64,000 bases of DNA from Balanoglossus misakiensis (Eukaryota > Animalia > Hemichordata). Of this stretch, positions 24,501 through 36,500 are shown piece by piece (the first letter of the stretch is position 1; every line of letters starts with the position of its first letter). The notes under the pieces are model-generated. The model worked only from the letters and a program-made list of their open reading frames with translations. It made no database searches and had not been told where the DNA came from. Where the stretch lies: NCBI GenBank assembly GCA_040954595.2, contig CM082579.2:5693625-5757624 (forward strand), written 5' to 3'. A program made the position numbers and the translations under genes.

Positions 24501-27500
24501 ATGACTCAAAAAGGAAATGAAATGGTAAAAAAAAAGTAATGAGACATTAACCGTTGATGAATCTTAGTTCGTTAGCTAATTGGCGTTTTTTTTTTTTTGA
24601 GGCTGGAATTTTTGCACCAGTTGGGTAAACTGAATTAGTTCATCACAGATAATTGATTGCATTAAATTCTCCGTTTGAACTTTCAGACAGCCGCAATAGC
24701 CCATCACCCAAAATGCGGCTGATTTTCATGCGTTATTTCCTGATTGTGTTCTTCGGGAGTGGACCACCCCTGCGACAATTTCATGTGTGTTTAAACTCAC
24801 TAAATCGCCAATATCCATCTGATTGTCTCTCCAATATAACCGTCCCCCCTCTAAAACTCAATGTAAATGCATTGATCAATCACACTGAAGTTAATAACAT
24901 GCCACACTGTTTGATACCAATTCTAGATCAGCATCCCTCCATCGCTCACTCTGTCAACCAATTTAACCCGTCAGTCAATCCTCGGGTAATCGCCGCGCCT
25001 GTTAAAAATGAGGACTTCGGCATGAAATCGTCCGAGAGTGCACAATGAAAATGACATGACAGCTTTATCAGGCGGTGAAGATTAAGGCGATTTCTGATTC
25101 TCATCGACACAATCGCCAAACATGTGCAAGCCCCTGTCCACAGCCATCAGATAAGAAACCTGCAACAAAATCCCATCATGTCAGCTTGCGACATCGGGAT
25201 GTCTTGTGAATGTTTTCTGACAAAGACCCCTTTCTGACGAAAAACCTAAGTCCCACTGAAGATTACACTCCGCTGCTTCTGAGTCACAAAAGAGTTGCTG
25301 GTAGCTATCTGAAAATCCATCTACTTAAAAACTCACTAGTAACGTGCAGTAAAACCAATAAAGTCGCATCGAACGCAATCATCCGGTAGCGCACTTTACA
25401 CGGATAAAATGACCTTGGAAGAACAGAATACAGCGTGCGTAATGTATCTACCAACAGAAGATGAACACTGATCTATATCATTTGCCTTTGGAGTGTGACA
25501 ATTGTTTTGAAATTAAAAGTCCGCATGGAAAAAAGGGATGACTGGATCTCTCCCTCTGTGGATTACATGAAAGCTGAAGGGCACTGTTTTTGGCTTCACA
25601 ATGAAGATGCAACTGCGCAAGTTTGATATCATTACTCAATTAATTTCCAACAGAGCAAAATTTATCCCTCGGGGGAATCTGCCAAAGGCATGGATATTAA
25701 CGACATTGATGTTTGCACAGGAGACTTCAAAGGGCATACAATTTTGAAAATGAGAATACTCTGCCACTTTCACATTCTGTCCATCAGATGATCAATGATG
25801 CGCTGATCACATGAACACAAGTACAGAAGGTTGGGATGATGATTTGCAAATGTTTTGTTGATTGGCAGATTATCTGCATTTCCAGGTTCAATCTATACAA
25901 TGTGTAAAGTGCAATGCTATTGCTGACATTTGAACTTTCGGCCAGACTAAAAGTCAAGTGTCTTCCAAGAACATTGCAAGTTATATGCATATAGGCTGTG
26001 GACAAGCTCGGCATGTCAACATGAAATGTGTCAGAATGAAAGCAGGATTCTGGGAAATGTGTCAATGCAGAAGAATAGTACCACAGCCACTCCCTGAATG
26101 AACACATCCCCTGAACAACACCAGGACATGCACTTCCCAGATATTTGCCGAGCGTAATAATGGCGGCGGAGGACAAGACACACTCTTGCAATTTACCTGG
26201 GCTTTTTAATCATTCTGGTATCATCAGGGAAGAGGCTGATATCATTAGAGCTAAAAAGCACCGCAGGAAAACAGATTAGGCCACAGTGAAGGCAATCAAA
26301 TTTCCATGTTTGCGGCTGTCACTCACAGCGGGCCAGCCACTTACACCCGAATTGGCTACAAAATGCCAGTTAATATCACACAAGACTAAAGCCACCATCT
26401 CAGTGTACACACAGGGAGCAATAAATCCTGTTTGTATTCTACCTGATGTGTGTATTCAACTTCCATTTTTTTGTGCTTAACCATTCACGGTTCAGCGATC
26501 CAGCGTACAATTTCATGTAACAGCCATTTAGTGTTTGCCAAGTGCTCATTATTAAATTTGAGAAACTTCAATTTTGACCTTGGCAAGAACCTGGCCCTTG
26601 ACCTTAATCTGACAGAAATCGTTCAGCCTGCAAATAACACAATTTGTTCATGAAGCATTTCAGGGAGATTTTCTCGGCAAAACACAAACCAACACACTCC
26701 TGAATTCAGTTGAATTTTAAATCAGAATCACAGAAGATGACAGATTTTGGCTTAATATTCAAGGAAAGGGATTCGTAGAAATGCATGAATATAATACAAC
26801 GAAGACATAAATATAGACAAGCACACTCTCAGAGAGCAAGAAAGGTGAGGCGGGGGTAGATGTATTATTTATACAACTGCCCATGCATAATGTAGGAGTG
26901 TCTCATTTCAGCTGACAATACATGGCTACCGTGCTTTTAATGCCAATTATCTGGGGAATATGACTCCAAATTTGTTGACCGATTATCTGCAGGCATTCGC
27001 CAATCAATAGAAATGGTCAATGGAAGCACAGTTCCACAGGGTATACGAGACACTTCTCTGGAACAGCGAATCCATGGTTGTTTCAAGTAATTCATTATAC
27101 GCTCAAACTGCAAAGTCCAAATACATCACAACACTTGCCAGCTACTCTACGAAGCAACACATGAACATCACGTTTTGACATTTTACACGAACATTTCACA
27201 AAACACACCACAGTTAATGAAGAAATATGCAACCTTGCCTTTAACCCTGTATGTTCGTTCAACCCTAATTGAAATTTATTGGGTTGAACGTGTTTATTAC
27301 ACAGAGTTCATTTTCACAAACTATCACGACAAGAGCACACATTACAACTGATCGATGGTTATAGCTAAGCCTCACCTGTCCAGTGGACCATCGTTTTGGA
27401 ACAGCGGCAAGATTTTTGGGTTTGGTCTGCGGAACTGGCGACGGCGGACTCCACTGAGTTGTACCACTAGGCACGTGCCAGTAATAGGTTCCGGAACTGT

Positions 27501-30500
27501 CCGTCACCTCGCGCCACCCTGGGGGCAAGGACAAGCTCTTGGACACGCCCTTCCCTTGCGCGGCTGTGTTCGTAGTGACGGAGGCCGAGGCACCACCGTG
27601 TTGGGTTTGTCCCACACCGGACTGTTTATTGGGTATGGCATACAGATCGTCGGTGACCGGCCCCTTGTAATACTTTGTGCCGGTGATCGACATATCTCCG
27701 GGTGTCTTCTCGTCGTACGACGTCTCGCTGGCGTAGCCGTAGTCGGGCTGCCCCTCGTACGGCGACAGCATTCGGCCGTGGTACATTTGTTCTTTTTCGC
27801 GTTCGTGTTCTTGGCGCATGCTGAAACTTTTGTACAGCATTTCGTAGGTGGACTCACAGTCTGTGCTGGTGTCGCTCGTCTGCTGCTCGGAGTTGTAGGG
27901 TGTGGCGTGCTGCAAAGGTTCATAGGCAACACCTTTAGCGTCCACCTCGGAGTCGGAGTACACACTCTGCACGCTTTCAGAGGCCGGGCTCTCTCCGCAC
28001 CCGACTCCTGTATACCGGGCGGCGGACGACTCCAGGCTCGCATAGTAACTCAAAAATCCCCTCCCGGACCCCGTGGTCATGATGCTCTCTGGGTCCTCGC
28101 CCTGAGACTCGGTCCCAGCGCCGAAACTCTCGGTTTCACTGTCTCTGTCAGTTTCAAAGTCCTGTTTCTCATCGTGCGTGCCCTCGTCACTGTCACATTC
28201 CGCTCCATCGTCCTCTTCGATTTCATCCGTCTCTTCGTCGGTCTCGTCTTCCTCCTCCTCTTCTTCCTCCTCCTCCTCCTCAGTATCCTCTTCCACCTCC
28301 TCTACCCCGTCATCGATGAAGTCGATGTCAGCGAAGAGGTCTGGCTTCTTCTTCTTCTTCTCCGTGTCGTCCGCACTGTCATCTTCGGTCGCCGAGCTGC
28401 TCTCTCCGTCCGGGGAGCTGAACACCTCGCTCGGGTCCTTGCTCAAATCAATTCCCATCGCCGAGAAATCGGTGGTGGCGTACTTCTTTCGGCTCTTGTT
28501 GCGCTTTGCGCTCGAGTTTTCCAGATTGTACAGGTTGGGGAAGTCCAAGTCGGGCCCCACAATTTGCTCCAGGGCCAAAATTCTAATGTCGTTCTCCAGC
28601 GAGGCATAGTGTTCTTTAGCTGACGAGGAGTAATTTCTGTTGGCATCGTCTGTGGAGGTGGCCATGGTAGTGGGCCTTTCTCCATTGGTCTGTTGCCTGT
28701 TCGCCTCTAGGTCATAGGTACCGACGTATGTTGGATTATTCACAGTTGTCACTGGGCCTTGGTTGGCTGTGGATGAAGACAAGAAGACAGAAAACAAACT
28801 GAGAATGAGCATTTAATTCATTTAGGCTGAAAGTATACAAAGAAAATGAACAGAAAGACAGTAAATTTGCCTGCATGTTTTTTTTAATCTACATGCAGTA
28901 CTCGTCGCCTCTAATGTCAATGCCTGACCTTTTCATGTTTAAGTTCAAGGAAGTTCAACGTCAAGGAAAAATTCATGACGTAGGCGGACATCAATCAAAC
29001 AGCCAACGCTGTGACAGTGAATCAGGCCTCACTGACTGTTGATCAGAACAAGTGTTGATGGTGAAAGAAAGGGGGGGGGGGGCGTAATTAACAATGCGTA
29101 CTAGGAATTACATATTACATCGAGAGAGAAATAGAATCACACTATGGACATCATATTTCACATAAGACATCGATGCCGGTCCCCTGCTGTGGGCTCACGA
29201 TGCCTAACACATGCCAAGGTGCACAGTCATTACATCATGTAGGAGACCATATTGAAGATATCTAGGCTAATATAAATGCAAAGATTTTCACGAACACACC
29301 AATTATAAGCATGTACATGTGGTATATTGGAAGGTGTCATAAAAACTTTGTAATAATATGTTCAATGACAAACAAAATAAACTACGTATACTTCAATATG
29401 ATATTTTCCATTGCAATACCTGATAACCCCGACAGGATGCTTCCCTCATTTATCAGTAAATCAGACCTTGTCAAATCGTTCTTTCCAAATCGGTCAGATA
29501 AACTGAAGCCTCTGTAATGTCCTCACTCGAATGAAACATTTCGATCCCACGTTCGTTGTTTTCATCAAAACCATCAAAGCCGAACTTCAGGTTGCATCAG
29601 ATCTTACAATTAGTTTTTAAGCGTAAAACTGACATCAATTATTCCACTAATTACGTAACTGCAGAGCCACGACAAAAAGAATGTTCCCTAATTTCCATTC
29701 ATTTTTTGCCTAATCTAATAGTTCCTCACTGAAATCATCAGTTCAGAAAACAAAATTAATGAGCTATTATCATTAATTTACGTACTCCATTATTTGATTA
29801 CATAAACATGAACTGCAGCTTCCCTTTATAGCTGCCCCACTCCCGAGATTTACAAAGAAGAAGTCTTTAAAATGTCTCTCCCACTGACATTCTCATCCTT
29901 CACACAAATCTTGGGCTAATTTAGAAACTACATATCCCCATTCTGTCTGGGTCGCAAGTACTTACAATCCACTTTGGTCTCTTACACATCTGCAAGAAGC
30001 ACTTTCTAAGACCCAACAACATTATTAACATTGCATTTGTCCCATAAAAAAGGAGTGCCTGTTTCACATTGCTGATTAATTAATAACTGGGCAGGTGCTT
30101 CAAGAATCTAGTAGTCATAAAAATGTTTCCCATACAGCAGTACCATGCCCTCTATATCCCCCCCCCCTACATATGTTAATTATTACTTGTGAGTTAGTTC
30201 AGGTATTAAGTAGCCCAGGAAATTGGCCACAAATTTGGCTGTCAGGGATTTCTTGATAGCTTTTGATAGTAATTTCCGAGTAAATAGCCCATCACTTTTC
30301 CTTTTACATCACTTGAATACCCGACATGCCTGATTGGTTGTCGCCATGACAGAAAGAAACATGTCTTTGTATGATTGGCTGACTCAAATTTACTAGTATC
30401 GATACGACTGGCTATTGGCTGTTGCCATGAAGAGGACAATGTCTGCTTTGCCTGGTTCCCTGATGATGCCAAATTTACGAAGCATCAGTGTCTGATAGTC

Positions 30501-33500
30501 TCTCACTTGAAAGATAATGCACTCTGACAGAGAAAACACATTGTGAGATCTAGCTGACCAGATTCGCTTCAGAGGATGGAACTGCTTGTGCCATTGTCAC
30601 GTGACTTATTCTGCGTCTGCTGTCTGTCTGTCACACACTGCCAATACTAAGCGTGCCACATTTCACTCCAGAGTAGGACCTCACTGCAGACAGGTGAAAT
30701 TCATCAGCCAAGGGGAAAGCAATTGCCCACTGGACTGACATGGAATCACTTACCATTGATTGAAATTAAAAACACCACCGACCGATTGTAATTTGTATAT
30801 TTTATGGCTTAATGCATTCGTATAATAAGGTGTGATAGCAGCAACTTGTGCCGAAGTAGTGAAATGGAAACTGTTGCAAATGGCAGTGTCGGATAATTTT
30901 AGGGGATCACGTTCGCTTCACTGAAGAAGTTCAAATATCACGCCAAGATATCACCCAGAAGGTCAGACATGGAAATGTAAAAATTATGATGATCATGACT
31001 ATCACGCTTAATATGGTTATGAGATATAAATAATATGCAAAGCAGCAGAGATGATTTTGTGCTTTTTTCTCTCTCTCTCTCGCACACAAGTGTCTGCGTC
31101 TTGTTACATAGCTGTCTGGAAAAAGCTGATTACACCGACAGGATTGTTATGACAAAATTAGCAATCAATGAATGGGTCTATACAGCCAACAACCTACACT
31201 ACAAAGCTGTACAACTTAAAGTGCCACGCCCACTCCGGTTTACACAGGAACAAACATCAAAGCCGAGATAAAAAAACGTGTCAACATTTCAATAATACTG
31301 AACAAGGCAGCTTCTGATTAGAGACTTTTTAATAGATCACTGTTGTTGACAAATTCTATACCAACACATCCAGATTCTGTTTGACAGGACGGGTCGGGGA
31401 AAGCGAGATAAGCAATGACACATTACAGTGTTTTAATAATCTACCCTAGTAGTCTATGTCCCTTGTAATGACAGTCAGTGTCATGACAGGCATGGTAAAC
31501 CTTGCTGATCCAGCAGACAGATAACACCTTCTGCCTGAGAATAAAATGCCCGGCTGTAAAATTCCCCCCACATTAGCTCACAATGATAATTCAAAACGAA
31601 AAATATTACATTATTTTTACACAGCCATATTATAAGTTGCCGCCTCAATGTACTAAGATCAAACGGTGAAAAATACTATAGTCCCAGTGTACAGGTTGCC
31701 AACAAAATTTATTACATGTACATGTTGTCTAGACAGGCCCCACCTAGCTAACTACAGCAGGAAATTTTCAGACTGAGAGTCAATCCAACCGTGGATACGG
31801 ACTCAGGATAGTTAGGAAATCATACTCACAGTGCAAGCTGCATGTAAACCTAATTGAGACAAAATAATTTAATAAATTCATCCAAATCAGCTTGACTTAG
31901 ATTCTTCAACAACAAATTTCCACATTTTTCACTGTATATCGCAAAGCTTTCATTGAAAAATAAAGTTAATCCTCTCGACAGCAGAAAACACGACTAATAA
32001 AGCCTTATTTTCATTGTTAGTGGAATAACAGTTGGCATGCCAGCTATGAGAACTCAAAGAGCATTACTGGAGATGTTAGGTTTGTAGCAAAAATATCATG
32101 CCAATCTGCAGGGTGTTCCTAATGGCCGTGTTGAGATGTACTTTTTAGTCTGGCCATCCAAGTGAAATTCTGTGATTGGCTAGATCTCAATTTTCCATGG
32201 CAACTGTAATTAAATATATGTTGGTGACTGTATGCCTTTAATTACAATATTTTTTTTTCTTTTAGCAAATACAAAGTGGGTTTCACCCACTATGTTATAA
32301 TTTATCGAACCATGACACAGGGTTAAGGCACCATTACTGACTGAGTGTGATTATACTGCTTGAAATAACAGAAATATAAACATTCTCTTATTACGAGAAA
32401 AATCTATGTCACGACCAATCCAATTATGAGTATAGTTTGATATATTAAAATGCAAACATACAAATGTGCCGAATATAAAAGGCTGGGTAATATTTGTGCT
32501 CTCGTAAATGAACTAGGTGCCCAGAAATGACACTGCAATTGCTATTTCTCTTATTTCAGAGCAGAACACAATGTCCCCTTGACATAAATCACCACTGACT
32601 GCAGATGCTGAGTGCTCAAAAACTGCTGCGCCCGGATACGACACACAGCCGACATATGAATATACATATCTCAGTGTTAAAATTAGAAAAATCCTTTTAT
32701 TGTGTTAGGTAGGCTGCACAAAAGCGAGAGTGGGCTAAAATTGATATTAATCCCATTAAAAACAAACCGCAGCTTCAATGCGAGAGCATTTTGCGTCTAA
32801 AGTGAATTCACATCAGCGTCTGGGTTTGAGGCAATTTGTCAAAACGGCAGACTATTAGTATCGACGGAGTGTACATTTGCCGGGCCCCGTGTTTGTCAAA
32901 TGCTGAAGCTGTCAAAATAATGACTTGACCTCAAACGGAGGGCAATTTAAATTACATGGGTGTTAATTACCCAGGTATGAAGTAGCGTGAAATATAGGCT
33001 AAACTCGCAGATGGGTGGGAAAAATGAAATATTACCGGGTTGAGCGCGGAGACTAGGGGGAAAATTTGCATACACGTATTTGCTTCAGTCTGTCTCCCCG
33101 ATCCAAAGCCCTCCACTGTTGTTAAGTTTGTCTTCTTGAATTAGCATGGACATCAAGGTCAACAGCATTTCAAAATAAAAGGACATTCAAACATTGAGAC
33201 TGGAGAAAAAAAAGGAAGGACTATGCGAGAAATCCACTGTCTGTGTTTTAATAGAAAAAACATCAAGGACTACCGAAGGCAGTGCACTGTGTGTAGCAAT
33301 CTTACCATTATCAAGCTCACGCAACAATCCCATCCCAAATGCTCTTCCGTTGTCACTCTACCAGACTTCTAGACTCCAGAAACCACCATACACATATCCT
33401 GTCGGCAGGGCTTTCAGAATCATAGACAACCCGGCGAAGCAAAAGAACTCAAGAGAGGAAGTCGGGGGGAAAAGGAAAAGAAAATTTGTATAGCACCAAT

Positions 33501-36500
33501 ACGCGGGGTATATTTTTTGTGATCAGCCGCCGCTCGCTCGTCTCAAGTCCGGGAGAACAGACGTAGATGTGAAGCAGAAGAGAAGCCGGCTATTCTGAAA
33601 ATGGGCAGGGCTAGGGATGTTCAGCTGACTATCACTCTGCTTATGCGGCCGTCTGCAGGGCCAATCAGAGGCGGGCTAACAAGAGGTCAGGGTATGAATA
33701 CTGATTCTAATTGCCCGAGGCAAGCAGTGGGATTCCTATATCCACGCACGCAGACACAGTACACACGCATGCACTGCAGTGGAACCGTCACCGGCAATCC
33801 AATATACTCCATAAAAAGTTCCACACAACACACACCGCATACAAATAGGCTCTCTCAAGAGAGTGCGCGGCGTAGAAACAGTTCTTCCGCGTTGTGTGAG
33901 AGAATGTGTATGCTCTTTCCCCTGAACGCAATCAGGTTTTCTAGGCATGTACTATCCAGTGTGACAGACAGTTGTAATCACCTCTGGGTTTTCTTCCTTG
34001 GCAGGTTCTGACACACTCTCGGACTGTGATGGAGGAAAAAAGAGAGCAGATCTTGACACCTTCTCGGTGTTTCCACGGCAACTGTAATTTCTCTTTCTCT
34101 CTCCACTGTGTTTTTCTAATAGAAAGAAGGCCACTCGATGAGGCCTCCTTGAATTCAAATTTAGAATACGTGCATCTCGGGATATAATTGCAGTTTTTCC
34201 CCAGATGTCATGTTTATTTTATATGACACCACAATTTATGGGGTTTATGGTCAAATAATGTCTGTAATACTGCAACTAATTTTCCTCTGATCAATTTCAG
34301 TGACTTTCACGAGTAACAATATAATTCAAACAGAATTTATATCATTTTATATTGTTGGTTTTTTACGGGGGGAATTTATCATTGACAAATGAAATTTTTT
34401 TGTGTTTAAACATCTGTTGATAAAAATTTGACAGAAAATCTGGTTTTGGGACCTGACTTACATTGTATGGTCTATTTATTTTTTACAATAATGCACATAA
34501 TTTTTTCACTTTTTCTTTTCTGCCCATACAAAGTGTACCTGACAACCACAGTTTCAAGACATACGGTAATTTATATATCAATTCCCAGGTCAGCCTCCAC
34601 AAGAAGGTTGTTCTTCGCTCGCTGTGAATATTTAATTTGAGTAAAATATTCATGTTTTACGTCTACAAACATCAATCTCCCAACTAACATGTACAACTTT
34701 AATTTTAAAGCACTGAATAATTAACCCACACGCACATGTGCTCTCTAAACAAAATGTTAATTTCCTTCCCTTCTCTTAATTATTAATAAAAGCTGCTTTC
34801 GCCAATCGGCATTTGAGCAATTAACTCTTTTTTCTTTGAGTGCTCGCCTTACAACCACCTCGAGCTTGAACCGTGATAATTCTCGCGCTTCGTAGTACGG
34901 CCTCTCCGTAGACAAAGAGCCAATCAGATTCGTCCCGGCGTGACGTGGATACCGGGCGCGAGGCTGATATGGTTTCATTGACTGTGTTCTTTCCTGTGCA
35001 TTGTGGGGGCAATCTCACCTGTGAGAAGTGGATGTGAAAAGCTATAAAGCCAGCTGGCATTGGGCTATGCCCGGCAGTGCTCAATGGAGCCCTGGTTGGG
35101 TGGTTTACACGGCCTGCTGTGATCGAGCGATTCACTTTATTAAGCAGTCGCTACACTTGATATTTGCGTCGTATAAGCTGTGATGAGGCTTTTCTGCCCT
35201 ACAGAACAAGGTCTGCAGCAGTTTCATTTTATTTCTCTGTACCAAAGACTTTTCTATTAGTACAGACAAAGTCGCTACCTTTTAACATTATTTAGGTTAT
35301 TTCTGTTTCATTTGATAGGCTATTTACTGTATGTTGTTCTACTCACTGAAACATGCTAAATGACCAGTTGTTACAACAACTTTTTATCTTATTGGACAAC
35401 GCGCCTCTCAGCAGCCTCTGATATCAAATGTAACCAACAAAATCTAAACATTTACACTAGGAACAGCATCCAATCTTCTGTTGTTTAGAATTCAGACCAA
35501 ATCATTGAAATCAGACCCAGTTTTACCATAACAATCATTATATTTGTACACACGGGGTGGTTAGTTAATTCCATAGGTCAATTTGCCTGACACCCTGAGG
35601 ATGGCCGATAAGCAATTTGTAGAAAATTGGAAGATCCCTGAGTCTACACTCCTCAATCACATACAGAAAGCTAGTCTACAGACCCTGCCTGTTTATTTTT
35701 AAAGAAACATAAAGTACTTTACCTTCTGGAGATATTTTTTTATGGATGAGAAGTTACTATTATCTACAACTGTTGTTCTGTCCACTGAAACACACAGAAA
35801 TCTTCATCTCCATGGAAACGAACGTTCACAAGATCTTGTCTACACGGATTCTGATCATTTCTGATCAGCTGCTGCAATGCCATCCAATCTCCCCCTCTGC
35901 CAACCTACCCTTGAGAGAAACCATCTCCCCGCCATCTCGGTCTCCTTCAAAAACACAAGGCCTCCCCTGATTTATCAAATCCAATCCTGCTATTACCGGT
36001 GCTTTACAATCACACGGCTGGGTGTGTCTTCGGATTTAGATCACTCAAGCCCAATGACAACACTCATAAAAAAAATTCTTACCGAGAAAGTAATTTTGGT
36101 TTCACGCCAGCTTAGGCTCGTCCTTCAAAATGCTATTTTTTTTAAAGCTAATTGACTGCCTATTTCCTCAACATCCAACTGAGCCTGCCTTGAGGGTGTT
36201 TCCAAGCCTACAAAGAGAACGCTCAGCCACATGCTCGGTTGTCGATGAGGGTATATTTTCTTTTTCATAATCTCAACAAATCTGAAATTAGAAATTAAGC
36301 AGCAGATCGAATTTGAAAACTGACTTAATTACTGATAACTTACCATGGCAACAGATTAATTCATTTAGTTCAGGATCTTTAGAAAATCAATTGTGTCATC
36401 ATTCAATGGAACAGTTGTCTTTGTAGACAGAAATCCTTGCATAAATATTTTGAAAAGGGGATCAGGCTATTTGATACCGGAAAAATATCTGTACAAATTT

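Noticed and set aside
27355-28623. 422-aa plus-strand ORF, and nested ORFs 28178..28609 and 27504..28043
   Set aside because: These are antisense or alternate-frame shadows of the GC-rich APBB exon. The Leu/Val/Ser-rich low complexity mirrors the acidic codons and no domain is recognisable.
28767-28812. Apparent signal-peptide-like start [15 protein letters not shown] of the 515-aa ORF
   Set aside because: It is the translation of the polypyrimidine tract and acceptor. A proper upstream ATG exon (40709-40757) joins in the correct phase.
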